Source: Tubulanus polymorphus
Lineage: Eukaryota > Animalia > Nemertea
NCBI RefSeq assembly: GCF_964204645.1
Contig: NC_134029.1
Span: forward strand, 8,582,850-8,646,849
Direction: 5' to 3'
Length of the DNA stretch: 64,000 nt
In this document: positions 1-31,900 of the stretch, piece by piece
How the letters are laid out: each line of letters begins with the position of its first letter
Numbering within the stretch: position 1 is the first letter of the stretch
Notes under the pieces: model-generated
Database searches by the model: none
What the model saw: only the letters and a program-made list of their open reading frames with translations
Told to the model about the DNA's origin: nothing
Program-made: the position numbers and the translations under genes

Positions 1-597
1 TAATTTTATTATGATTTTCCCCTCATTGTATGATGCAAACATGTGAACATGTTGGCATCATCTTGAAGACATTATCTTGGTCTCTGTTTGCATCATCTTG
101 AAGACATTATCTTGGTCTCGAAAGTTGCTCTTTGAACAACGTGCTCACGAAAAGCTGTACGCACTCCCTTTGGAGGTTGGCCCATCAGCTTACTATTATG
201 CAGATCATGAGGCCAAAATTTTGTTTCTATGGCAACTGATAAAACAGCATTGATGACGACAGTTGGTTGCCATTCATTCTGTAGACTCTGCGCTGCCTTA
301 GCTTGCTCCCTCCTCAAAATCGACCTTGTCTCAACAGGTTTCAAATTCGTCTGTGATTATTAATCGAAACGGTGTCTATTGTTTCAGCTACTTCATTTTC
401 AGATGCGGGCATTGCAATGCGCGATGACGAAAATCCAGTCACCATTATAGTGATATAATTGCCAATACGCTTACAGCGCACGAATTTTGCTTTCGAAAAT
501 GAAAGAATTTCTTTTGGACCGAAAGTTCGTTTTTGATTTTCTAACGCTAATCAATCGTTAATTTGCATGCTGTGTTTGTCTCGTTGCTTTCGTTTAG

Positions 598-3134
598 ACA
601 TCGAAAAAGAAAAACAGCATGTCGAACGTTTACAAGGCGTCGAAAAATTCGACAAAACCGCGATGAAACATGTCACGCCGAAAGAGAGCAATCCCTTACC
701 GACTGGCGATAGTACGTACATACCATTTCATCAGTTCAGTTCATCGTGTCACTTTTAACATATTACTCATCCTCTCTCATTGTCATCTTCATCATACCTC
801 TAACTCTTTAACGCATTATGGTTATATATGATTGACCTTTCTCTTAACAATGTTACTATCATCAACTTAGAGTGATGTCTAACTGACCTCGAAGCTTATG
901 CGAAATTCAAAAAGTACGGCATCAAGACCCGGCCGGAACCTGTCCTACTAGACCAGTTAAGGAATAATTCATGCAGCGCCAACCAATGGATTGTTTAGAC
1001 CCCATTGCATTGCTGTGCATTATTTATGATTGCCTATTAGTAATATCAAATTTCTGCTGACCTGGGTTTACTGAAAGTTTCGATGCTGTGGTAGGTTCTC
1101 GGCGATAAAGGATTTGAATTTCTGCTGGATGGCCTTTGTCCGTCGAATTTCGTGATAGCTTCGTGTTTTCAGGTTTATTACTCATTAACAAAAGAGACTA
1201 GATCCTGTTCCTGATCTAAGTGTTGTCAAAATTTATGTACAGTAGACTCTGCCTAACTCGGTAGTATTGGGACCATAAATATGTCCTGAGTTGTAAGAAC
1301 TGGAGAAAGTAGAATTCATCATGGGTAGGTCCGCCGAGTAAGGAGGGGTGCACTATAGTTTCTTTTCGCGATAGATGATTTTCGCCCGATGTTTATGATA
1401 ATACGAGGACAGGATCTTGTCTCGATTGTTAAGAATCCTCTTTTAAGTACATCAAATGTCTCATGAAGTTTTCTCATGCGTGATGTCAGTCTAGTTAGTG
1501 GAACGTAAGGAAAGTAAGTTTTAGTATTGATACAAACGTTCTTAACGTCCTAGTCAAGGTAAGTTGTGTAGTGGTAAACCGGTATTGTTGGTTATAAACT
1601 TTTTGTGGCCCATATAGATGCCGTAAACAGCACTGTGATACAGAAAAAGTGCATGTAAAATATTTCAAAATTGATAGAATCTCCATAAACAACTTATTAT
1701 TAGAAAAACTTTTGAAAAGCAAAGAGCACATTGATAGAATATCAGCAAGCAAGGTTAATTTGACAGGGGCATATCCTTAAATCTTGCTTGAGCCAAGTTT
1801 TCATCGAAATTGGTATCATGAATTTGGTGAATAGTATGAGCTTGAGAGTTATGCTGTTCATCAAGTCACAATATTGTACACAATAGTTTCGGCATCTATA
1901 TGGGGGGCATTTAATTTAGTATAAATTTCATGCTTGGTGGACGAGCATGAGCATTCTGTGTGATTCATTCTCTAACTGTTGTACGTTTTATGAGTAAGCT
2001 GTATTCCTGCTTATCTGACTACTAGCTATCGATTTACTATCGGACATGATTGTCTATGTGAAGGTCATTGCCTGTCAAAATAGATCCTCATAGATATTTA
2101 TGACTAGCTTTATTAATCATGGCATTTGATATTGCTGGACTTTCTTTTAAATCGGGTTTTCTACAATGTATTTCACTGGCAAAAGTTAAGCGTATTAACA
2201 TGAGCTTTGCTTGCAGGGTGACACATTTATTCCAGATGATGTTAGATTTTTATTGACTGTCAATGGATAGTTTTGTGTACAATTATTATCAGATATTCTA
2301 TGACCTGGGGCAAAAGTATGTAAAGATTAAAGTTGTATTGGGGTATTCATTGCACCAGGAATGAAAATGGGTACTCCTGTATCCATGTATACAATATTGT
2401 ATTCAATTTCAGTAATCAATTTACTCAAGACTTTCATTGCGGTATCAGCATCTTAAGTTTGTTCGAACTTAGAAGTGACAAGCGAAATTTTGATTACGGG
2501 TACATATGTCACTTATAAGTTTACTACTATATTAATTATTCTATCGTTTCGATTGTATTTTTTAGCAATCAATGCAGAAAAAGCGCAACAGGCACAAGCT
2601 CCGATCCTGGCTGAAATAGGAAAACCTCACGCCCTTAAACACACTACTACAGAAGAGAAAAATGTCCTACCAACAAAAGCTGGTATGTTTGAATGAGGCC
2701 TCACATGTCGTCATAGAATTTGTTGATTTTAGGGACCATCCATTTAGTGCATATGCAAAAGGGAGCATTCAAATTGTACCGTTTTTTAGACCCCTCTGTA
2801 CGACCTTTGTACTTTAGTTAATTGATCCCCCCCCTAGCGTACGTACATTTTGAAAGACAAAATGGGATGATATCAGGATACTCTGTGATGTAATCTAATA
2901 TTTTGTATCAGACTGTTTGCCGTAATTTCGGATATCTCTTGTCGGATATGTGTGCCGCATATTCTAAAATAGCGCAAATAAACTCCTCCTCAACCACCTT
3001 GGGTGACAAGAGAATCTGCCTTATCCCATAGAAATTTGTAGCGATGACATGTGTTATACTTTTTGTTGAAAATAGTTTTTAAAGACCGAAACTATTTTTT
3101 CATTTCAGATATCGACGAGGAGAAGAAATCCTAA
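598..3134 (+). CDS. Multi-repeat beta-thymosin (WH2/thymosin repeat actin-binding protein), 3' exons only
   Basis: Exons 598-711 (114 nt, FDKTAMKHVTPKESNPLPT), 2566-2682 (LKHTTTEEKNVLPT) and 3109-3134 (DIDEEKKS*), all with AG/GT boundaries in phase 1. LKHxxTxEKNxLP is the beta-thymosin motif. The start lies upstream of the window. Confidence 0.9.
1238..1358. mobile_element. Small Tc1/mariner-pogo-type MITE remnant
   Basis: TA-CAGTAGACTC...ACTCGG at the left end and CCGAGT...GTGCACTA-TA at the right end form degenerate inverted termini. Confidence 0.4.
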
Positions 3135-6039
3135 GGTGCTGAACTTATTATGTCAATTTCATTCTTCAGAAGAGGAGAAATAGAGAGGTCAAGGGCATTT
3201 AACGAGACCAAATTCTGCAGTTGATGGATGCGTTGGGTTTTTATTATCGTAATCATAATGTTTGGAAAGCGTAACTTTCTTGGATATTGCTTTGAGGAAT
3301 CTAGGATATAAAGTAATTAATGCCAGCTTATAACAAGATATTCACTGTTCAGATAATGCGATCATTGTGTTTGAATTCGCTATTGCTGGTATTCATCCCC
3401 AATCGGCCGACTAGAATTTGCTTACTCGCTTTAGGTGCCTTATGACCGCGGATCTCTTTTTCGAAAACGATGAATAAATGCAGAATAAGGGAAACGATAC
3501 CTATCCGATATTTTATTTAGATCGTACGTAGAATATTCAAATTTGTATAATTTCCATAATCAAGATATATTGTTTTGTAATTGAATTTACTACGTAAGTA
3601 CCCGTACGTAAGTATCAGTTGGATACAAAATGTATACGAGAAATTATGGTTCTTGTCTGTATGAATATTTCTTTCATAACTAACTACTCAATTTGATCAT
3701 TCCGTTATGAATGTATGCAGTACCAGTGCTATTATGGATATATGTTTTGCCGATTTTATTTGAATGTGCCTTGTTACGAAATCGTATTCTCGACGAAAAC
3801 GAAAAAAAAAATGGAGATCTTTCCCCCTGTGTTTTGGTGCTTGAATCATTCGGACCGTTCGAATCGGTCATCGCATTATTTTGTCAATTTTATAACTTGT
3901 GTAGTAGTAAGCGTGAATGGAATCGTCATGATTTACTATTCTGTAGACTCGTCGTTGCTGATCAGGATATTTGTAGAATTTCTGCTAATAAGCCGACTAG
4001 ATAATTATTCGTAAACCGATGGCAATCATCTCGGTGGTGCAGGGATCTAGCCTCATTTACATTAGAGAATTGAAACCCTACTAAGCTACTAGTAAAAGCT
4101 AGTTCCTCACAAAGACAGACAAAACTGGGGTATTCCAATTATGGGTTATGTTTTACTAATGCCCATGATAAAAGCTGAGTTGAGCAACTTTGAATAGAAA
4201 TTTGGCACTACTTAAAAATGAAAATGCTAAGCTTGCAAAATCCAGTTCTAACAGAGGTTTATGCTCTAATGTAGATGAGACTCGTACATTCAAAACTAAA
4301 TCATAGCTACGTACTTGTGAATGATTTTAGATTTTATATTGCCTGTCTCTTCTCTTTTTTATTAGATTTTAATGATACTGATAATGTCTCATAGCCCTAC
4401 ACTTCTGAGTTAGTTTATTAGAAAAAAATGTCTCTTGATTGTCACCTACTGAATATCCTGATCTATTGCAGCATTATATTAGTGCATTCATTGTAAATTC
4501 CCCATCGTTGCTTCAAAAACAAAGGAATTAAATGCATCTCGTATTTCCTACCGGAGAATTCATGGAAGATATCCCCCTATTCCATCAGTCCAGCTACCAG
4601 TCAACCATGGATGTCTATCGCCCAACTGTAAAAGTAGTTGCGAAGAAGTATTTTCAACACATCTTCGTCAATTACGAAATTGCAAATTTTTTTCTAGGCC
4701 AGGTTACCGTAGAGACAAAAGTGGTTTAGAAAATAGTACTGGTAATGCCCGACACAGTAGACTCCATTTACCTCAAGAGTCTGGATTGTCTTGGTTATCA
4801 CCTACCGCGGAAAATATATTACAAATTTTCAATTCAACATGATGACCCATCCCTAAACTGCCTGCCCCAAGATTCGCTGAGAATTGGTTGCGCAAGATCC
4901 AAGGCAAGTGGAGTCTACTGTAGTGCCTTTAGGAAGACCATTGTATCCCCATTCTCTAAGCTCTCGGTGATGAAAGATACATTGTATACAATGAGCTTTA
5001 TACCCTGGTATACTATACCTTGGATTTCTAGTGAACCTTTCTCCTATGCAATCCGCAATTATGTAGTACAATGTTTAGAACCTTTAGAAGTTTTTACTAG
5101 GCAAAAATCTGTGCTCATTTCCATATTGGTGCTTACCGTAAATCCAAATTGTTTGAAGTGTGCTCTCGGTACTTGGATATAAATGAGGATGATTGTGTTT
5201 TATTATCTTTTTAGTCCCACCAGTTGCATGTTAAATATAAAAGTGTAAAAATTTACATCCTTTCAAAACCAGCATTCCTAATTTTCCGAGTGTAAAACTG
5301 AATGAAATTCTTATCGGCAATTTCACATTTCTTGGCTTGAACTGGCTACCGGTACCATTCCAGTATTCAGTGAATGGGATGGATGGATGGATTGGGAAAC
5401 TAGGGGCATTCCGACTAATCTGGAAGTTTGTATCACTGGCCTATTGTGTAATAAGAATTATCTTTATTCGGAATCATGTACTCAATTGATGCATTAAAAT
5501 ACATATATTATCTTATATGGAAACCAAATTGTTTTGTCTTAGATTTTTTGTACTAACAATGGTTTAAGAGTTTAGTGGAATCATCACCTTGGCTTATTCC
5601 TGAAGCTCTTTGTTGATTGTTTCAACAAATCTATACATGTGAGGATTTTTTTTCGATTTTGGTTGATGCTAACAATTCATTAGCCCAGCTCCTCGCATCA
5701 ATTTATATCCTTTGACTTGCTCATACCACCAGATTTATAAAAATCACCTTTGTTACTTTCGTTGTGACCAAACGTTCCATAGTCAAGCCTCTCTACGAAT
5801 ACACTGAATACGCTTGTCTTTTTGCTTAACTTTTTTAACCCAGTACTTAGGAAAGCCGCGAGTGAAAAGGGGCCGTTTTCTAGGCACACTTGTTGATTGA
5901 CTCAATTCTTAAAAGTAATCGACGTTAGACCTATATTAGATATAACCCGTTAAGTAAGCAATAAATTATGTAACTTCTGAGTGGACTCCGCAACTTTTAT
6001 CATGATAAAACGTGTAAGAAAGCGCTTGTCTCATTCTGA

Positions 6040-6457
6040 ATTAACCGCCTACGCCCGCGGCAACGCACGGAACCAGTCAATAAAGCCATCTCTGGCACGT
6101 TACTCCAGTTAATGGAGTCGTCACTTGCGCGTTACTTCCTTACACTCGGCTAACCGTAGACATTTTACGCATTTCGTGACGTACACATATTACTACCCGT
6201 CCGCCGGGTAAATTTTCATACAAACAATTCCATCCACCAATCGAGGAAAAACGTGCGATTTACGTGTGCAATTGGACGCATTCTTAGAAAATCCATGTTC
6301 GAACCCGTTTCGAGCGTATGGGTTAGCGCTTTTGAAATGAACTATTTGGCTGAGCGCACTCGACGGGCACCTTGCGGCGAGCTGAGGTTGATTTGCATTG
6401 TAATTAGCATACGATCGAGGAAGGAGCTCGGTGCTCGAAATCACTCTCTACTCTGGA
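6040..6457 (+). promoter_or_regulatory. CpG-rich promoter/5' UTR region of OGT
   Basis: Local rise in CpG directly upstream of the first coding exon, including TGACGT at about 6177. The TSS cannot be determined from sequence. Confidence 0.4.
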
Positions 6458-23656
<17,199 letters not shown>

Positions 23657-25171
23657 ATTCAACACGTATGCACAGACTTGAAATTGGTGTTGCCTGTGTT
23701 GAGAGCCACTCTGGATCCGTAGATCGTAATTATAAATTCGTATTTGACGGCTCTTTTGGGTAGAAAGGTCAATGATTGTTATCCACCATTCAGAAATCAT
23801 CGGTATTGGACGTGCGAAATTTTTATCGGCTGGTACAATGGAACTTCGCTTCAATGAACTTAGATGCGACAATTCATGACGCAAACAGGACGAATTTTGT
23901 ACCGTACATACGGATTATCGATAGCTAATGATAGATATTCGCGGTCCCTCGATTGAAGTTTGTCGTAGTAATGACGTTCTGTTGTAATCGGCTCTAAATC
24001 ACGTCGCATCTCACCGAAACAGAATTTAAGTAATTTATATATACTGATATTTGTTAAGTTTATTCGCGCTATATTATTGTAATTTATAAACGTCATCATA
24101 CGTGTATCTTATCTCTTGTCATTATCGCAATAGTAACAACGCTTTAAACGCGAAGGGGCCTGCGGATTTTGTGTCGTTCGTTCGGAGGCTTCGATTCGTT
24201 AGACTTCTTGAGGCTGGGCTGAAGAACTTAGTCGTGGCGGCTGCGAATGCTGACGTCTAAGAAGGGTCATTGGGGTGTAAAACTTTTTGAAACGATGGGA
24301 TGACGTTTAATAGCCTGTCTGCTGCCTATGTGTTTAACGCGTTGTTATTAGTGTTAATGTATATAGTCATCAACTTTCATCTGTGTATAATATAACTACG
24401 TGTAAGACATCATGAATTTGTCATTAGAGGGGGGTGTTAGCTCTGTGGCTTGCTTTAACAAGATAACTGTATATATTAGAATTGTGATTCGAATGTTTTA
24501 GCAGAGTAATTGCCATCGAACTGGGCTCATAATTTTTGAACAAGTAATCGACGGACTCGTCATCTTGGACGCTTTATTGAAATGGAGTGGAAGCCACTTC
24601 GTAGTAGTGTAGTGATACGAAGCCACTTTAAGCTGTAGGGCACATTCATTGTCGTGTCAACACTGGCTCTTCCTCTAGAGTAAACCTGATTATTCGTGTA
24701 CATCAATCTGTATATAACTAATGAGCACACGTGAGTTTGGACAGTGCTCCTGCTCGCTTATAAACGTAGATATATTTTCTTACCGTGTTTTGGCTTGCAT
24801 GTTGGAATCGAAAAAATCATATGTTAAGAAAGTGATGAAAGTATGAATCTTCGGAAGATTATCATTTGTCTCGCATCTCGTGTGTGCCGGCATCTGCAGC
24901 CAGAGGACCCACCCGCTGTGTTGGTCGCGCATCAACTGTTTTTGGACTGCCGTGACTATGCGTGAGGATCTGCACTTCATTCGATTTTTCAACTGATATG
25001 GACTCGCTACAAATGCCAAATAATAATCGAATTTTGGAATAGTGATCGTGTCCACTGAAGTTGGGCGGGGCTGTTTCCTTGCTGCAGATAGATAGCTGTA
25101 TTATAGTAGTAACTGCTCTGGTTTGTTTGTTGTGTACCACAGGTCATTTAATGCTCGCAGATTGTCTGTTG

Positions 25172-26432
25172 TTTTTAGCCCACTTGGGACTTTAGTCCCA
25201 GCGGGCTATTGCGTTCACTTTTCGTCAGTCGTTCGTCCGTCTGTTGACGGAATCCAGTTATTTAAGGAAGTTTTGAATACGCTTTGAAGGTAATGTCTTG
25301 ATATTTGGTTTATACATGTATCTACCCGAGACATATCTTCAGCCCAAAAACTGCCCCTCTCAGATTCAAGATGGCCAACTGGCAGCCATTGTTATTTGCC
25401 AAAATCAGCACTTTTAACATATTTTTGAAGTTTTCAAGGGAAATTTTGAAGACGCTTTTATCAATTAATTACCTTGATTGTTCGTATATATTTGTATCTC
25501 CCACGGCCCATCAGCCTGAGAAAAATTGGGTCGATCAGACTCAAGATGGCTGTCCTGTGACCTTATTTTGCCCAAAAATGTCCTGTAGCTTCCTAATGGT
25601 TTGCCATTTTTATTGCAATTTATGATGGTATTCTTTGCATAGGTATAAATGATCAGGCAATTATGATGAAATTGGTGGCCATCGTGGTGTCATGAGTACT
25701 CATTCGTAGGTGGAGAAATGTTTTTCCACTTTATATTGATACTTAAGCATATTTTGTTACCACAATCAATTGGAAAGTTGCAGCGCATGATATGGTCTAT
25801 AATTGTGGTGAGTTTCAAGGTAATTGGTTTTTGTATATGGCCACCAGGGGGCGTTGAACAATACAATAACTTAGTATTTCTATATTATATTTGTACCTAT
25901 GCATATTTTGTTACCACAATCAATTGGAAAGTTGTAGCTCATGATATAGTCTATGATTGTGGTGAGTAGGACATAAGTTATTGTATATGGTCACTAGGGG
26001 GCTGTGAAAAGTAGAATAACTTAGTAGAAATTGGTTTATTAAATTTCATAGAAGTTCTCATTTTCCTTATTATATTGGTACCTAGGCATATTTTGTTACC
26101 ATGATCCATTGCAAAGTTGTAGCTCATGACATGTTCTATGATAATGGTGAGTTTCAAGGTCATTGGCCTTCGCATATGGTCACCAGGGAGCATTGAATAG
26201 TATAATAACTTAGTATTTCCATATAATATCGGTTACTAGGCATATTTTGTAACTACAATTAATTTCAAAGTTGTAGCTGCTGACATGTTCTATGATAATG
26301 CCGAGTTTCAAGGTCATTGGATTTTTTTCAAGGTCATTTGATGGGGGCTAGATAAAAAATAGAAATTGTTAGATTGTTGAGCATTTGAAACCACTCCCCA
26401 AGTGGGCATGGTGTCCCTGGACCGAGTTATAT
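25172..26432 (+). mobile_element. Non-autonomous Helentron/HINE (DINE-1-like) element
   Basis: 5' T-run plus GCCCACTTGGG subterminal repeat, CGTC-type microsatellite, four internal ~150-190 bp repeats (GCATATTTTGTxAC at about 25748, 25901, 26086, 26240), 3' CCCAAGTGGGC plus a short hairpin (GTCC-CT-GGAC). Confidence 0.65.
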
Positions 26433-27690
26433 TTGATGGTTCTCACACGCGTAAAATCGATATCAACTAGTATTAGTCACATGTGTATAATAGTCGTGCG
26501 CATGTGCATAGTTCTCTCGATCCTGGCTTTAGAAGTAAAATCTTGTTCTTCATTGATTTATCACATTTTATCGAATGAAAAAATTGCTGTTAATAAAATT
26601 GCGAAAACCTATGTTTTTGTGTTGAAGTTTTTTAGCTGGTTTAAGAGCGGATTGTTGATTCTCTTCACGATGATGATTATAATCACGAGGCAAAAACTGC
26701 AGATCACATTACAATGGATATATACAGTTTAAGCTGCTGGATTTGTATATGGGGACGTCGATTGGGTACGCTGTCAAATCACCCTTTCGGTCAATTTTGC
26801 CATTCTTTAGACCCCTCATCTTGTTATTTTACTGACCACCCCCTCCCCCATCTGTACTACGGTACATTTTGAAAGACCCTTCGGCCTACGAATTGGCCAT
26901 TAAAATTGTTGAGCTACCTTTAATTGAAAAACGCTCCGAGATATGCTCATTTCAGTCTACCGCTGGTTTACCGACCACATCGGTGCAGAACGATTTTGGC
27001 GGTATGTATCGACGAGTATGGCGGTATATCGGGGCTTGTCAAATGATTACTCCAAGATCGGGGTGGTTTACTATGTATTTGTATTTGAGATGTACATTGA
27101 GAAAACCTGGCGGTAGGCGGGGAGGGTAGTATATCGGGGTAGACTGTATATAAAATAAAAGTAAGTAGCATATTTAGAGGGGTCGATATTACTGTAATAT
27201 GATATTATGCATCAGTGTATGGCATAAATTTGGATATCCCGTCCACAAAGTATAAACATTTTCTGAAGAGACCTGCTATCAGAAAAGTACGTACATTCTT
27301 CTTAGAGACATGCTGGCACTGATTTCAAGATCAATAGTGTGTTGAGTTATACGGTCACTGTTGCTGTTTGAAGTGCGAGTATTTGCAGACATAGTTTTTC
27401 TCGCTGCTCCTTCGCGTCTCGACGTCAAAATCAATCGAATGGTTACAAGAATCACTGTCGGGATTATATTTTATAGGACTAACAAACTCTACTATTTCAA
27501 CTTTTTTTTACGTAATAAAAGTCCAAGTCCGTGTCCATCTTTCGTGTCCAGTGCACTGATTAATGGAACAACGAGTAAAATATTTGTATTGAATCATCGA
27601 CATTGTCAGTAAAAAGTTATGCAGATATAACTTTTCTTCGTACGAATAATTCTAACAGCTTTCAGATGCCAACAAACAACACTAAAGCTG

Positions 27691-27762
27691 TACAGTCAAC
27701 CCCCAATTACCGCCCTCCCTTATACCGCCACCCCCGCTGATCGCCGCCGGGGGTTGACCGTA
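27691..27762. mobile_element. ~70 bp mini-MITE; also the empty paralogous site of the Polinton insertion
   Basis: TA-CAGTCAACCCC ... GGGGTTGACCG-TA. There is a single TACAGT here, versus two copies flanking the Polinton in the second duplicate. Confidence 0.8.
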
Positions 27763-28938
27763 TATGCGTAGCTATCAAATCACTGATAATTGGGAGTCTA
27801 ATGTTCTTGGCGTACAAGCGCTTACAGCGTGGTTTATTTCAGCAGTTACGTCCAGTGATAGTGTGTGACAGTACAGCCGAAGCTGTAAGTGAAATACGAT
27901 CTATGTATGACACACACAGATAAACATGTCCGCAACAGGCAAACATGAGAAAATGAATATGCCGGTGTTGTTTGAACATTTGATAATACATATAAAATAC
28001 AGTGAATTTATGCCGAAACCGAAGATAGTAATGCTGAAAATGACGTAGTGATAAATGAATGATCAGATTTACGTGAAACGGTTTGTAATCAGCATGAGGG
28101 ATTTTGTTACAGATTTCATATTGTTCAGTAGTCCTTTAAATGATGTTTTGACGAGCATCTTAGAATTGACGGGTCATTTTGATGTTCAGTTTTGATGGGT
28201 AAAATTGTAAGTTTGCGGGTAAATTTGATATTTCATTTTGCCAGTACATTTATAGCTATGCCATTATATTTGGCTTAACCTAAATCCAGGACAAACAGAC
28301 TGACTCCCCATTATCAGTTCATCCAAACTTGGGGTAGAAAAATATGGGAATAGAAAAAAATTTTAAAACTACACAGATTGATTGGGAAAAACTTTAAACT
28401 GAAGATCACGTATCTTACTGAGCTGCCAATTAATCACGACGAATACGAACAAAACTCAACAATCAAGCTTCCTGTTGAAAAGGAACATTTTAATCTTGCA
28501 TGAAACGAACGATTTTGTGAGAAATGTAACTTAGGCGATCCAGGTATATTAGCAATCCATATCCACAACACTTAGAATTTAGGAAGAATTAGCGCACCAT
28601 TTCTATCTAGAAACGTCCAGATATCACGTTAAATTGCTAAATCGTGAAAAGAAGCCAACGTATAAAACTAGGCAAGTATACTTGGATAACTATATTTTTA
28701 GATGAAAAGTGAAGTATCGATTTTTAAGCCAATATTATTTTGAAGATTTTCTGCATTATATTTTCAGCATTATATAGTCAGGAGAATAAAGTTATAACTT
28801 GATAATAGGATAGGACTAAGGACTACGATTCGGACAACCGATTTTTGCTCCAGAGAAACAGAATCATGAATGCAGAAAACCCGTTACCGCTGTTTGGATT
28901 GTTGCTTGATCATCTCTCCTTCCCCTGCAGCATGTTAT

Positions 28939-31900
28939 CTATCTTCTAATATTTTGCTTGCGTTTAGCTTTTGCTCGAACCGATTTCATATCGATAGTCA
29001 ATATGGTGTAAAGAAGGGGATTGAGGGACGAGTTGATCGGTAAGAAAAGAACCGCCAGCCAAGCCGCCACTTGATTCGGTATTTTTACCCGTAATACCAC
29101 GCAAATCTGAACGGTTATTATCGGCAGCCAGCAAAATAGATTACAGAGATTTATCACCAAACTCCTGCGTGCCAAAATCAATTCGGTAGGATCAGCTCTT
29201 CCCGAACCAGACCTGCTTCCAGATACGAGTCTATACATTTGCGCATAGGTCGCCATTATCGTAGTCAGTATGACCGAGTTAAACACGGTAAAAATAGCGA
29301 ATGAATATTGCCAGGCATCGACATCAATGGAAATCAAATTCACAGGCAAACAAACTCCCGTAGTACCGTAAAAATTGTTCCCGAAATAAGACGATAGTAC
29401 AAGTGGCACTAATGTAAAAGATCCTATGATTATCCAAATGAGCGAGCAAATAATGGACACATATCTCGGAGATGTAATCGGACTTCCAGAAAATGGATTA
29501 ACGATATTTGAGAATCTATGACGCGTAAGAATGCATAAAAAAGTCAACGAGCCTTCGCAGGATAGGGTCACCGTAACTCCAGCGAAACTACACAATGAGC
29601 TGTGCGTCCAAGTTTCTGAATTTAGGAAATAAACTCCTTTGTGAACGTAATCTGCTCCCGCGATCAAAAACAGATAGATCGACATCATAAAATCACAAAT
29701 CGCGACGTTGATAATAATGATGTCAGAGGATGTGTTTCGATTTTCGGAGGATGAAAGTCGAATTGATCGAAAACGAAATAAGATAACGATGTTATTCAAA
29801 ATGAACGTGAATGCAGAAATAACCCAGATGATAGCTCGGAGGACTGTGTTACCCATCAGATCGGAACAGGTGGAAAATTGATCAGCTTCTGGAAGGCAGT
29901 GATCAACATTCGGAGCCATGCAGCAAAACATGTAAGCATCAGACGTTAAGGAAACTAATGATGTCAGATTGTCGAAAACATTTCTGTCGACAGAAATCGT
30001 TTTCGAATTGTAGGTGATATCAAGGATTCCAAGTTCATTCAACTCAGAAAAAGCGTACATTGAAATATACAAGATTTTGTTACCGCTGATATTCAAAGTC
30101 TGTAATGAGAAGAGACCTTGGAAAACGTATTCAGCTAAAACGAACAGAGAAAGTCCGTGAAGATCGAGTCCTCGAAGCGAACTCAAACCTAAAAAACTGC
30201 CTCCTTCCAAATATCTCAGCGGATTTCCAGTGATGGATAACTCTTTCAAATTATACAAACCGGTGAATGTATTCGCGGATAATGATGTTATGTTATTGTA
30301 TGAAAGGTCTAATGAGTGTAGGTTATGCAGGTTTGAGAACGACTGGGGTACGATATAAGACAATTCATTTGAGGAAATGTCGAGAACGTAGAGATAATAA
30401 AGTATATGAAATGTCGACTGGTTGAAATGAATTTGATTGATAGACAAGATTAAAACACGAACTGATGCCGAGAAGAGGTCAGTAATATCTGTTAAACCGG
30501 TATTTCTGCAATCAATTAAATGACCTTGACATTTACAGCCCCTCGGACACGTGACGCTACAGAAGTCCTCATCATCAGTCGTATATTGACAATTTACGAC
30601 GCCATCGCAAACTTCAGATTGTGGAATACACCGATGTTCCTGGCCACATTTAAACATTCCCGGACATGAAAATATCTTGCAGTTTTGTTCGTCTTCTGAA
30701 TTGGGACAATCTGATTGACCATCGCACACCTGTCTGATTGGTATGCAGTACGATGCTGGGCATTTTACAGTTCCAGCTGGACATTCAAATTCTTCACATC
30801 TCAATACGTGCTCTAGATTTCTACAAACTGGGTAACCATTTGTCATTCTATCTAGAATACATCTGTGACGTCTCGAATAGCAATGAGGAGAATTGAAAGA
30901 ACATCTTTGTTCATCAGATCCCGCACAGAGATTTGTGAAGTTAAGCGAACAGTGGTTCTCATCATTACAATGTATCGTAGGATTCACTGTCACGTCAGTA
31001 GTTGTTACTAATTCGTCTTCTTCAAGGCTTCCACTACAATCCACGACACCATCCTGATAGAACTGAGAACTGATACAGTCTCCACTATTACACAGGAACC
31101 CCTGACACAGTAAAGCGGTGCATTTTGTTTCATCGGAACCATCTTTACAGTTAACTACACCATCACATCTGTTAGACCTATTAACACATTGACCACTGAT
31201 ACAGCGAAATTGCCCGGGCAAACATGGGGGATGGAAACACGAGTTTTCATCTGAACCATCCAGACAATTTTGAATGAAATCACACAAACCACTGATTGAT
31301 ATCACATGACCTTCATAGCATTGAAAATGACTGTGTAAATTTATATCTGAACAATTGAGTTCATCTTCGCCGTGTTGACAGTCGTCTCTCGTATCACATA
31401 CGCGATGGTCGCTGATACATCTTTCATCGTTACATTTAAACTGCCACGATTTACAACCGCTTATAGAAGCTAACTCTTCATCGGTGACATTATATGAACA
31501 CAAAACAGAATGCGCTGTATCTGTAGCATTATCAAACTCTTTCGTCATCCATTTAATTGATTGAATATGAGTAATATCATCTCTATTCATTACTGGGATT
31601 ATAACAAGCAGTCTGTCATTAGAAGTCATCATTAGTATAGAGCTATACTGATGTTGAATGTGAAATGTTCTTATCAAGTTCATTGTAACGTTTTCTGTGT
31701 GAGAGGTTATGGCAGTGCCTATTTCACCACGGATACCATGACACATCTTTGTCGCAGATTTCGTATCTAAACCTCGATGATTGTTCCAGTCTGTCAGGAT
31801 TTGATAGCATTGTCGATTTATGCTTACCCAACCAATCGTACAGCTCGAGTCATTGAAAACATTATCGAGAAATGTATTTTCACGAAGCAAAAATGTGTTG

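Noticed and set aside
57-118. 28-bp direct repeat CATCATCTTGAAGACATTATCTTGGTCT
   Set aside because: A simple local duplication in an intron with no further structure.
4532-5182. ORFs of 65 and 145 aa between thymosin and OGT
   Set aside because: No recognisable domain or convincing splice structure. They could be decayed repeat sequence, and I cannot support a call.
26869-27612. Duplicated short ORFs (also 36670-37523) as genes
   Set aside because: No domain signal and indels between the copies. They look like non-coding or repeat-derived parts of the duplication.
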